Source: Dendrobates tinctorius
Taxonomy: Eukaryota
Reading direction: 5' to 3'
DNA length: 64,000 nt
Assembly: GCF_039654945.1 (NCBI RefSeq)
Contig: NW_027361804.1
Coordinates: forward strand, 7,316,001 to 7,380,000
Shown here: one piece after another, positions 35,201-47,200 of the stretch
How positions within the stretch are numbered: the stretch's first letter is position 1
How the letters are laid out: every line of letters starts with the position of its first letter
The notes under the pieces: generated by a model
Seen by the model: the letters and a program-made list of their open reading frames with translations, nothing else
Databases searched by the model: none
What the model was told of the DNA's origin: nothing
Translations under genes and position numbers: made by a program

Positions 35201-38200
35201 ATATTGTGTAGGGTACGGTAACGGCTTTATATTGTGTAGGGTACGGCCACACGGTAACGGCTTTATATTGTGTAGGGCACGGCCACACGGTAACGGCTTT
35301 ATATTGTGTAGGGTACGGTAACGGCTTTATATTGTGTAGGGCACGGCCACACGGTAACGGCTTTATATTGTGTAGGGTACGGCCACACGGTAACGGCTTT
35401 ATATTGTGTAGCGTACGGCCACACGGTAACGGCTTTATATTGTGTAGGGTACGGTAACGGCTTTATATTGTGTAGGGTACGGCCACACGGTAACGGCTTT
35501 ATATTGTGTAGGGTACGGCCACACGGTAACGGCTTTATATTGTGTAGGGCACGGCCACACGGTAACGGCTTTATATTGTGTAGGGCACGGCCACACGGTA
35601 ACGGCTTTATATTGTGTAGGGTACGGCCACACGGTAACGGCTTTATATTGTGTAGGGTACGGCCACACGGTAACGGCTTTATATTGTGTAGGGCACGGCC
35701 ACACGGTAACGGCTTTATATTGTGTAGGGCACGGCCACACGGTAACGGCTTTATATTGTGTAGGGTACGGCCACACGGTAACGGCTTTATATTGTGTAGG
35801 GTACGGCCACACGGTAACGGCTTTATATTGTGTAGGGCACGGCCACACGGTAACGGCTTTATATTGTGTAGGGCACGGCCACACGGTAACGGCTTTATAT
35901 TGTGTAGGGTACGGCCACACGGTAACGGCTTTATATTGTGTAGGGTACGGCCACACGGTAACGGCTTTATATTGTGTAGGGTACGGCCACACGGTAACGG
36001 CTTTATATTGTGTAGGGTACGGCCACACGGTAACGGCTTTATATTGTGTAGGGTACGGCCACACGGTAACGGCTTTATATTGTGTAGGGTACGGCCACAC
36101 GGTAACGGCTTTATATTGTGTAGGGTACGGCCACACGGTAACGGCTTTATATTGTGTAGGGTACGGCCACACGGTAACGGCTTTATATTGTGTAGGGTAC
36201 GGCCACACGGTAACGGCTTTATATTGTGTAGGGTACGGCCACACGGTAACGGCTTTATATTGTGTAGGGTACGGCCACACGGTAACGGCTTTATATTGTG
36301 TAGGGTACGGCCACACGGTAACGGCTTTATATTGTGTAGGGTACGGCCACACGGTAACGGCTTTATATTGTGTAGGGTACGGCCACACGGTAACGGCTTT
36401 ATATTGTGTAGGGTACGGTAACGGCTTTATATTGTGTAGGGTACGGCCACACGGTAACGGCTTTATATTGTGTAGGGTACGGCCACACGGTAACGGCTTT
36501 ATATTGTGTAGGGTACGGTAACGGCTTTATATTGTGTAGGGTACGGCCACACGGTAACGGCTTTATATTGTGTAGGGTACGGCCACACGGTAACGGCTTT
36601 ATATTGTGTAGGGTACGGCCACACGGTAACGGCTTTATATTGTGTAGGGTACGGCCACACGGTAACGGCTTTATATTGTGTAGGGTACGGCCACACGGTA
36701 ACGGCTTTATATTGTGTAGGGTACGGCCACACGGTAACGGCTTTATATTGTGTAGGGTACGGCCACATGGCAACGGCCTTCAAGCAGGTTAGTCAATTAC
36801 GGATCTTTTTTTCTATTCTGATTTCTGCTAGAGTGAATTCCCAGGTCTATGAACTATGAGCAACCAACCCTAAAGGTAATAGATACTACATGTTTTTAAT
36901 ATATTGGAATAATTGACCAGTGGAACAGCCTTCATACCGGTTTGCAGCTTCCAAAAGGAATATCTGGAAATAAACCCGTTCATGGACACCTTGGAGTCTG
37001 AAGTAAACACCAAGGTCATCTCTGGACTACTAGTCTTCATGGAATAGTCAGACATGTTCCCACAAAAATATCCTGAGAAGAAAAAAAATATATATGGTAA
37101 ATCTTAACTATGGGAATCAAATCTGTCCAACGAAAAGAAACTTTCATTTCTGGATGTGGTCCATCACTGGACTCCTTCATGTTCATAGAAGTCTGTGAGA
37201 CACCTCAATGGCCAGTCATAACCCAAATCACTTACTCCATCCTCACCATTGGGTATAGACAATGTGTTTTGTCAAAGTTTCACCTTCTTAATTTCTCACC
37301 TCGAAGAAATTTTTGTTCACCAAGCCCTTGATAAACGCGGAGGACATCCCGGCAGCCGGTCTCGTCTTCTTCTGTAATTAACGAGTCGATGTCTAGACGG
37401 ATGATGCTTCCAAGTGGTGCAATAATCCTCCATTCACATCTAGAATTAAAAGCTGAACTTTGAGTTGAACCTTTGCGTGTGCAGTGAAAATACAATAAGT
37501 ATGTGCCCCCCCTCCAGTCACACACACAGTTTTTACATTGACCCTTGGTATAACTTCAAGTCAGAAATAGGGTTACGCCTATGAAACAGCTCTCCAGGTG
37601 CGGTACTTGAAATTCAGACTGGAGGGGGATGTGCTCCAGTAGTGGGCCACCAACTATCTTGGCCTCATAGAATAGCTGTCCACGTCCTCAGATTGGGCAA
37701 GCTATTGCTTACTGGATAGATTAGGTCACTGGCACCACGAACTTTTAAGGAATGTGTTGTTCTAGACTCGTTTGATCAACAATAGGATCATTAGGAGTTA
37801 TGAGGTCACAAATTTTAGGAATCGCTCTCTATAGACCATTATGACCAACTATTATTCCAAAATCCAAGGAAACATTCAGAACTATTACCTTAGATCACTG
37901 GGATATTCATTGGTCGGATATCCCGGAGATGTGATCACCCCGTTCTCTGAAGTTTCAATGACATCCTTACAATTTTCCCGAGTTCTAGACTTCTTCCAGC
38001 TTGTCTCCATAAATTCCCTCACTGCGGAGAACTGTAAATTAGTTCAAAATATTTTCGCCCCCAAGAAGAACAGGTGGTCATATGGTGGGATCTCATGGCG
38101 ATATCTAATATTACCTCGTCCTCCATAAATCTTGTACTGGAGACTAAAGCCTTTCCTGCTATATGTGCCTTGACTAGCAGAGCTGAAGACCACTCTGATG

Positions 38201-41200
38201 ATGGGCCCGCCACTTTTATAGGTGATAGGAGTGGAGTGGAAGCCACAAACCTTATCTGAAGAGACAATACCGTTACGAATAAATTGTCTCGTCAAACCTT
38301 AGCCCTATGGCCAAGAAAGAGGTTTTATAGCCTTGCTCTTGTAACTCTTGGGTGGATCTCCCCCATCAATCACTTGATCACTTCGATTAGCGTGAATATA
38401 CCTGCAATTTTCCTTCTCTGCATCTGGTCTGTGAGAGTCCAAAAGCGTCACCCACGTTTTTCTTACCTATCAATTGACTGACATTGTTCTTCTCCTGGTA
38501 GATGGACAGAGATTCTGTCATACAGTTTACATATTCCCCTATAGACACTTGTTCCACAACAATTTTTATTAAGCCGCGAGAGGATGAGGTGGAGATGATC
38601 CAAGAGCAGATCAGGCCCCCGGTATATCCATATGGAAATCCTGGTGAAGCAATCGAGCCAACCGTATCCTCCAAAAGAAGGTCATTGGGACAAGCTACAA
38701 GACACAAGACATTTTTGTTAGAAGGTAATTATCTGCAGGTATTTTAGGTCTTACACCTATGAGTTCTCAGAGAGCCAAGTGCAGTTTTTGCTCTTTGTCT
38801 CTAAATCTCAGAGATACATTTGAGACTCACATAGAGATAGTATACCTTATTGTTTTTGTCCAGCTTACCAGTAGGTAGAGATCTTTGGCCCTCAGGAGAC
38901 ATTGGTTTCTTTATGGGATTATGTGGATGATGTAGAGTTTTGTTTACTTCTGTATAAACAGAAAAGTTAACATTCAGCGTAGGTCTTCTTCTGGACAGAG
39001 GCCATTGTCCACTCTACCTAGTTACCTTTTTGGGTATTTTCAATCCAGCTTAGGAAAGAACGGACTCTTGTATATACACCAGGCCGTTTTCGTCGTGCAC
39101 AGCCCACGCCCCAGCTGACTATGCCGTAAAGTACATAGGTTTTATTTGATCTGGGACAGACCAAGGGCCCCCCAGAATCCCCCTGTATAAAATAACCATA
39201 CGTGATGTGTGGTTGTATAACCTCTCGCTTTAGAGATCGGAGACTTCAGACATATTTGTTACAGACCTGGCAGGCATCTTTTCCTTCACCTCCAGGAAAC
39301 CCGGCGCAGAACATATTATCTGAGATGGCTCCGGGGTAATAGGTGCTGTTGCAGATGTTGTTGTTCAGAATGGGGACTGGCAATTGCTGCAAGCGATTGG
39401 AGTATTGCCCATCTGAAGTACAGAAAAAATAAGCTCATTTTATTTTACCAGATAAATGGGACAAGTACTGGATCATTAAAAGAAAAACCTGAAACCATGT
39501 CGTCGTCTCTGTCACCTGCTTTGTGGCCAGACCGTGCATGAAGCAGCTCCCTCTTACCCTCTCCTAGCAGAAAGTGCCAACTCAAATCGAATCATCAACC
39601 ACCAGTTGTAATCAGGGTCTGATTGGCTCTTTACATCAAGGATGAGACCACAGGCGGCGGCTGGCAACATGTAGAAACTCTGCACACCACCATGGCCAAT
39701 TGCTGCACCATGTCGTTTCATAATCACTCATCAATTGGCCAACCAAGGGTGGAAAGTGCTTTGACCGTGTAGCCAGCCACAACGTGTGGACACACCCGAA
39801 CACCATAGCCTACTTGCCAACTTTTGAGGCCTCTAGGAAAATTCAACATAACACTGTGACAAAGGCACTACTCATGGACAAGCCGTCAGCCAGGGTAGTC
39901 AAATGTTCCGGGGTCAGATACCAAGAGAGCATGTCGTAAACAAAGGGGGAAAGACAAAGGCATAGTCAGTTCACGGTCCGAGGTCAGAATACCAGGAAGA
40001 TATTGGATCAAAGTAAAGGGGCTAGGCAAATGGATGGTCAGAGTAATGTCCAAGGTCAGGAGCAATAGCTCAACAAGCAGAGCACTGAAATACAAGGCAA
40101 ACATGCCCCATCAGGCAAATGCTGTGACTACAAGTGATCTGGGACTGACAGCTTAGCTAAGTAGTTGGGTAATCACTTAGAACAGGGAAGCCCTGAAGGA
40201 AACTCAAAACCTCACTGTCACAGATTGGACAGCTGAGCTGTCAATCAAAATGCCGACTGCTCAGCACGACCCCTATTCTATAGGGCTGGAAAAGTGTCAC
40301 TCGCTGCTTCCAAGGAACTCTGAGCGGAAAAGTTGTGACAAATACTAAATGTTTTACGTATACCTGTCCTTCTTATACAAGGCACCACCCAAATGTACGG
40401 CATTGAATCACAAGGTGTGCATATGGCTCCATTCATTGCACCCCAAATAAACAAGTTGAGACCCAAGGCCATCCCAATAAAGACCCCCTTTAAATCCAGA
40501 CCACAGATCAAACCAGACCCCACCCCCAACAAATAAATATAGACCAACTACAATAATCAAGACCCGCAACCCTAAAGAAATACAAATCCCAAACTCCATA
40601 ATAAAATATAGACCCCCAACTCCAAAAACAAATTCAGCGATGGGTAGCGAGTTCCCATTGTAGAATTTATGCCAAGAACCGTCACCTTCTCTTGTACTGC
40701 CCCAGCCCGTGACCACACACAGGGACGATGGCTCCAGGGGCTCCTCCATACTGGGCAGGCAGACGGGACGTACAAAGTCGTTAAAGGTCAGTTCCTTTGC
40801 CAAGCGGATCAGCGCAAGGTCGTAGTCTCTGGTGATGGGATTGTACGCTTCATGAGCGGCAAAGAAGTGAACCATACGAACCTGGAAGTCACAAAACGAA
40901 CAGCTCGTCTCAAATATACAGACGATCCCTTATTACAGGTGGCCAGATATGTCCGTCCGGCGCACTGACCTGCCTGCTGGATTCATTCATGGAGCGGTCA
41001 TGGATCCCAGCGATGAGACGGTATTGGGAGACATCGGAGGATCTGTAACCACAAAGTCAAAGCATGGTGACACACATCTCCACCCTACACACCCCCCACA
41101 GAGCCCCCGATCTGCTCCATTACTATGTATAGTGATCAACATGGCCACCCTACACCCCCCACAGGGGAGCCCCCCGATCTGCTCCATTACTATGTATAGT

Positions 41201-44200
41201 GATCAACATGGCCACCCTACACCCCCCAGAGGGGAGCCCCCCGATCTGCTCCATTACTATGTGTAATAACAAACATGGCCGCCCAACACCGCCCACAGGG
41301 GAGCCCACCTGCAATTTTTCGGGACCTACACTTTGCAGTGAGCAGCCGTCAGGGCCCATTGAGGCGATACGATGACTCCTCCGCACAGGAACGTGTCCTC
41401 GTACATCATGGCTACCTGCCACGGCCAACAGTTCGGGCAAGATTCCTCCCCTCCAACTATACGACTTAGAAGCCACTGGGGGGGCAGGGGCGCCACTCCG
41501 CAGACCCCTAAACACCAGCCGGACACAAGGGGGGACAAATCATGGCATTATATTAGAAACATTATGACCCCATCAGGGGACAAGAACAGCAAAACAATGG
41601 GGGGTGGGGATGGGAAATGGACCTGGACCAAGAAGCAATGGGGTCAATTTCTCGCCTATGTGAAGACCCTCTGACTCCTGATTTAGTGCCGGAGGCGTCT
41701 GAATGGATTTTTCATCTGTCTGTCCGTCTGCAAAATGTAACCGATCTGGAGGGAAATCCAAAACGAAAAAAAAAAAATCATGATTCTCATGTTCCCCCCA
41801 AGGTTGGTACAAAGCAAAATGATTTTCTTGGGTTACAAAAATAATTAGGGATTTCTTCCTCAAACAGCGCCACCCCATCGGAAGGTTGTGTCTGGCACTG
41901 CAGATTGGCTCAGCTAAAGTGAACGGGTCTCCTGCAGTAACCGACAACCTCTGGAAAAGAGTGGTGCTGTGTTCTGGAAAGAAGCAGGAAAGTTTCATAA
42001 CTACAAGATCTGACTACACACAGGGATTGTTTGTAGTCTGCTACCATGGAGACACATAGGATTGAGAGTTCATAAAACAGATTATTTATAAAATTAAAGA
42101 AATTAGCACAATTAGTTTTATTTTAGATGGAGGAGAAAAGAACTTAGCAAAAGTCTACACATCATGCACACCACATACCTGGATATACAAAGCTGAATCT
42201 CGCCTTAAAACCGGCATAATTTCCCTCGTGATCGCTTTGGAATTTAACGACCATAATGTTACTAGGACTGAAGACGTCACGATCCACCAGAAACCCACAT
42301 AAAGTAACTGGAAGGAGGGAGAAGAGTCAGAAAGACTAAAACCAGCAGCAGGAGGAGTGATGGCAGGAGGACCTCACTTCTGTCTGCAGGGAGCTCCCCC
42401 TAGTGGTGGCTGCAGAAAGGATCTTATCATGTATCTCTGTATACAGGGAGCTCCCCCTAGTGGTGGCTGCAGACAGGATCTTATCATGTATCTCTGTATA
42501 TAGGGAGCTCCCTCTAGTGGTTGCTGCATGCAGGATCTTATCATGTATCTCTGGGTACAGGGAGCTCCCCCTAGTGGTGGCTGCAGACAGGATCTTATCA
42601 TGTATCTCTGTATACAGGGAGCTTCCCCTAGTGGTGGCTGCAGACAGGATCTTATCATGTATCTCTGTATACAGGGAGCTTCCCCTAGTTGTGGCTGCAG
42701 ACAGGATCTTATCATGTATCTCTATACAGGGAGCTCCCCCTAGTGGTGGCTGCAGACAGGATCTTATGTATCTCTATATACAGGGAGTTCCCCCTAGTGG
42801 TGGCTGCAGACAGGATCTTATGTATCTCTATATACAGGGAGCTCCCTCTAGTGGTGGCTGCAGACAGGATCTTATCATGTATCTCTGTATACAGGGAGCT
42901 TCCCCTAGTGGTGGCTGCAGACAGGATCTTATGTATCTCTGTATACAGGGAGCTCCCCCTAGTGGTGGCTGCAGACAGGATCTTATGTATCTATATACAG
43001 GGAGTTCCCCCTAGTGGTGGCTGCAGACAGGATCTTATGTATCTCTATATACAGGGAGCTCCCTCTAGTGGTGGCTGCAGACAGGATCTTATCATGTATC
43101 TCTGTATACAGGGAGCTTCCCCTAGTGGTGGCTGCAGACAGGATCTTATGTATCTCTGTATACAGGGAGCTCCCCCTAGTGGTGGCTGCAGACAGGATCT
43201 TATGTATCTATATACAGGGAGTTCCCCCTAGTGGTGGCTGCAGACAGGATCTTATGTATCTCTATATACAGGGAGCTCCCCCTAGTGGTGGCTGCAGACA
43301 GGATCTTATCATGTATCTCTGTATACAGGGAGCTACCCCTAGTGGTGGCTGCAGACTGGATCTTCTGTATCTCTGTATACAGGGAGCTCCCCCTAGTGGT
43401 GGCTGCAGACAGGATCTTATCATGTATCTCTATATACAGGGAGTTCCCCCTAGTGGTGGCTGCAGACAGGATGTTATGTATCTGCTAATACCGATTAGGC
43501 GAGATTCCTCTCTGTCACTGTAAATTGAGACATGATCGTATTCACATCGTTTCTGATACTCCAGAGAAAAGTCTTCAAACACAATCTACAAAGGCAACAC
43601 AACAAGGTTATTACATCAGAGTCTGGTCTACAGATGTGGATACTGGGGTTAAGCTGCATTACCAGACACAGCCAGATAGACCTAAGTGGCGCTGTTTCTT
43701 GAAAATAAGATCACTGAACCCTAAATAACTCCTCTTATTGAATCCTTGATATTGGACCCAAAAGGGCTAATAGACATTAATACTATTAAATCTCTATAAG
43801 AGGTTGTTTACAATCGCTGTGGACCCAAGAAGCCATTTACCTGTATCATGCTCCCTTCTGGCGCTTCTATGACCCAGCGACAGGAAGTGTTACTTGGGTA
43901 CAACCCGGGATAATTAAGGGTGAAGATTTTGCCTTCCTCTCGTAGCTCTGCAGCGCTGCCGCACCCGGAGCCTGTACAACGACACAGAAGATCTCACGAC
44001 CCCGCGCCGGAGACGACACAGAATGGCCGTCCAATCACATCAGCACCCACCTTTCTTCGACGTAGGACATAACGTAGAAAACTCGAACTCAAAACCACGA
44101 CCACTGACGGAGCCGTCCGAGATGAAAGACACCGTGACATTACCGGAGCGGATTATCAGAGGCGATGGCAGGACGGATCCACACAACTTTCCTGAGAAAG

Positions 44201-47200
44201 GGCAGGAAATGTTTCACCCCCATCATTTCCATTGATTGTACTGTATATCAGAAAAGATTGTCGTATTCGACCATTCTATACATTCTCTATGTAAATCCAT
44301 TACAGTCACTACCTGCATCCAGCACAAGGGGGAGCTCACGGCACATAGTGAATCCTGTCTTCAGTGAGCTCCCCCTAGTGGTGACTACAAGCATCCAGAT
44401 ATTTATCATGTATCCAGATGGCTATGCAGGGGATTTGGAGCTCTGTATCAGAAAATGGAGCTGTAACCACTATATGAAGATGTGGGCTGTAACTCTGGGC
44501 AATTCATTTATAAATGGGATTTCTATTATAAAAAGTAACAAAATAATTTTCATGCATAAATATACTCACGGACTTCCTTCTGTTTGACAGTAAAAGTCAG
44601 CGAGTCGTGAGCGCAGGTCACATGATCCTCCAGGTCCAGTTTAATAAATCGGATCTTGATATTCGCAGATGAAATTATTGTCCATCGACATTGACTGCAA
44701 TGATGACAGATTTAAAGGGGCGGTGCACAGTGTTGATATGCATATAGTTTATACATGCTCTTTAAGGGTAGACAGAGATCAAGATAAAGCAGGGAACCAT
44801 TTACAGATAATCATCTATGACATAAGCAACATGTTGACTGTTTCCATGGAAGACATAATTCTACCACTAGGAGGCGGAGAGTTTGTAGAATGACAACACC
44901 AAAACCAATGTTACCTGTTGTTGGAATAATTGCTGTTAGCATCTAGAGGGTACTTGATGTAACCATTTTTGGCGACAATAGTCAGTGGTCTAGAACTGCA
45001 AATGCCTGTAAAACGCAAAATAGATAAGATTTTATCTAAGAAGAGAAGAATACACACAAATAATGGACAAAATAAGAAGCAGTACTGGTTATAACCACAG
45101 GTAGGGGCTATTCTACGTGCAAATCACTGCAAGAACATGGAGGGGGAGCTCCCTATATACAGAGATACATGATGAGAGCCTGTCTGCAGTCACCACTAGG
45201 GGGAGCTCCCTGTATACAGAGATACATGATGAGAGCCTGTCTGCAGCCACCACTAGGGGGAGCTCCCTGTATACAGAGATACATGATAAGATCCTTTCTG
45301 CAGCCACCACTAGGGGGAGCTCCCTGTACACAGAGATACATGATAAGATCCAGTCTGCAGCCACCACTAGGGGGAGCTCCCTGTATACACAGATACATGA
45401 TAAGATCCTGTCTGCATCCACCACTAGGGGGAGCTCCCTATATACAGAGATACATGATAAGATCCTGTCTGCAGCCACCACTAGGGGGAGCTCCCTGTAT
45501 ACAGAGATACATGATAAGATCCTGTCTGCAGCCACCACTAGGGGGAGCTCCCTGTATACAGAGACACATGATAAGATCCTGTCTGCAGCCACCACTAGGG
45601 GGAGCTCCCTATATACAGAGATACCTGATAAGATTCTGTCTTCAGCCACCACTAGGGGGAGCTCCCTGTATACACAGATACATGATAAGATCCTGTCTGC
45701 ATCCACCACTAGGGGGAGCTCCCTATATACAGAGATACATGATAAGATCCTGTCTGCAGCCACCACTAGGGGGAGCTCCCTGTATACAGAGATACATGAT
45801 AAGATCCTGTCTGCAGCCACCACTAGGGGGAGCTCCCTGTATACAGAGACACATGATAAGATCCTGTCTGCAGCCACCACTAGGGGGAGCTCCCTATATA
45901 CAGAGATACCTGATAAGATTCTGTCTTCAGCCACCACTAGGGGGAGCTCCCTGTATACAGAGATACATGATAAGATCCTGTCTTCAGCCACCACTAGGGG
46001 GAGCTCTGCATCAGGAAATGCTCCAACTTTTATAAAGCTATTACAGCAGTAATCAGCATAGAGTTTTGGGAATATTCAGACCGATACGATCATGTCAGAT
46101 GAGATGATGTCACTGCTTCCCTCCCCTTACCGATACACATTTCAGTCCCGCGTAGTCCTGGCTTATTTTTGGGCGACTTACTATCAGATGAGGAATTTCT
46201 GATGAAGTCCATAAGTGCAGACGTTCTGGAGTAAACGGCCGGAGACCCGAGAGCGGCTCCGTTAGTTATGAACGCTCCCCAAGCTCTTCCACAACCAGCG
46301 CCCCAGGACGTACTGCCGACCAAGACCCACGTACCGGACCGCCGCCTGCAAACTAGGGGTCCTCCAGAGTCACCCTGAGATAAATCACATGGCCAATTTA
46401 TAGCACAAGCCAATGTGTAAGAAGGACTGTTCATTTTTCTCCATTTCTGACACAAGGATTTCCCCTTTTTTTTTTTTTTTTACTTGGTTTCCCCCATGTG
46501 ACTTCCTGTTAATGTCCCCTTACTTCCTCTTTATGCGTGGGAGGGGCTTAAAACAAGTCTGTGCAGCATGGAGAGGCAGTGTATTGTATAACATATGAAC
46601 TAGAAGAAGAGAAATGAACAGAGGTGTGTCATACTAGAGCTCACACCCACGCAGTGCCATCTAGATAGCCCACCTGACAAGCGTCTCTGCTCCCATCTGG
46701 GAAGCCGGCACACAGCATTGACTCGTGGAGGGCTGGGAGCCCCATGGTGACGAGCGCAGACCTGCAAGTTTCGTCATCCAGTATGGGCAGGCTCACCTCC
46801 TGCAGGATGTTAGCGGGCTCCCCACCTGAAAATACGTCCAAGGCAAAGACATCTGTAACAGATTTGGGAGGGGCATAGTGATGTCCTTAAAGGGATTGTC
46901 CATCCACTTTAACAGAGCCAAGCTCTAATACCAAGCACCTCCATGGACAAGTGTGGCGTCATTTTATACCGAAATCAGCCATGTTTTTCTGATCCTGGAC
47001 AGCCCCTTAAGCTACAGGAAACCAACATGGCAGCCATATTGGTTGTGGCCAAACTATATATGTAAACTGGTAAACTTACTCTCGCTAACCCTTCCCCATC
47101 CGCTGGTCACACACAAGGTCCCCGGCTCAGTCTTCTCCCCCACTTGTGGTAAGCACACTGGCTGGACCCGAGACCCTGAGACAAGGAGCAGAAGGAATTT

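Noticed and set aside
35090-36780. CRISPR-like 36-bp repeats (also the 30-32-bp arrays)
   Set aside because: Head-to-tail units without unique spacers, no cas genes, eukaryotic context.
41850-41950. Possible extra ovch1 micro-exon
   Set aside because: Weak donor and not required, since the flanking exons already join in phase.
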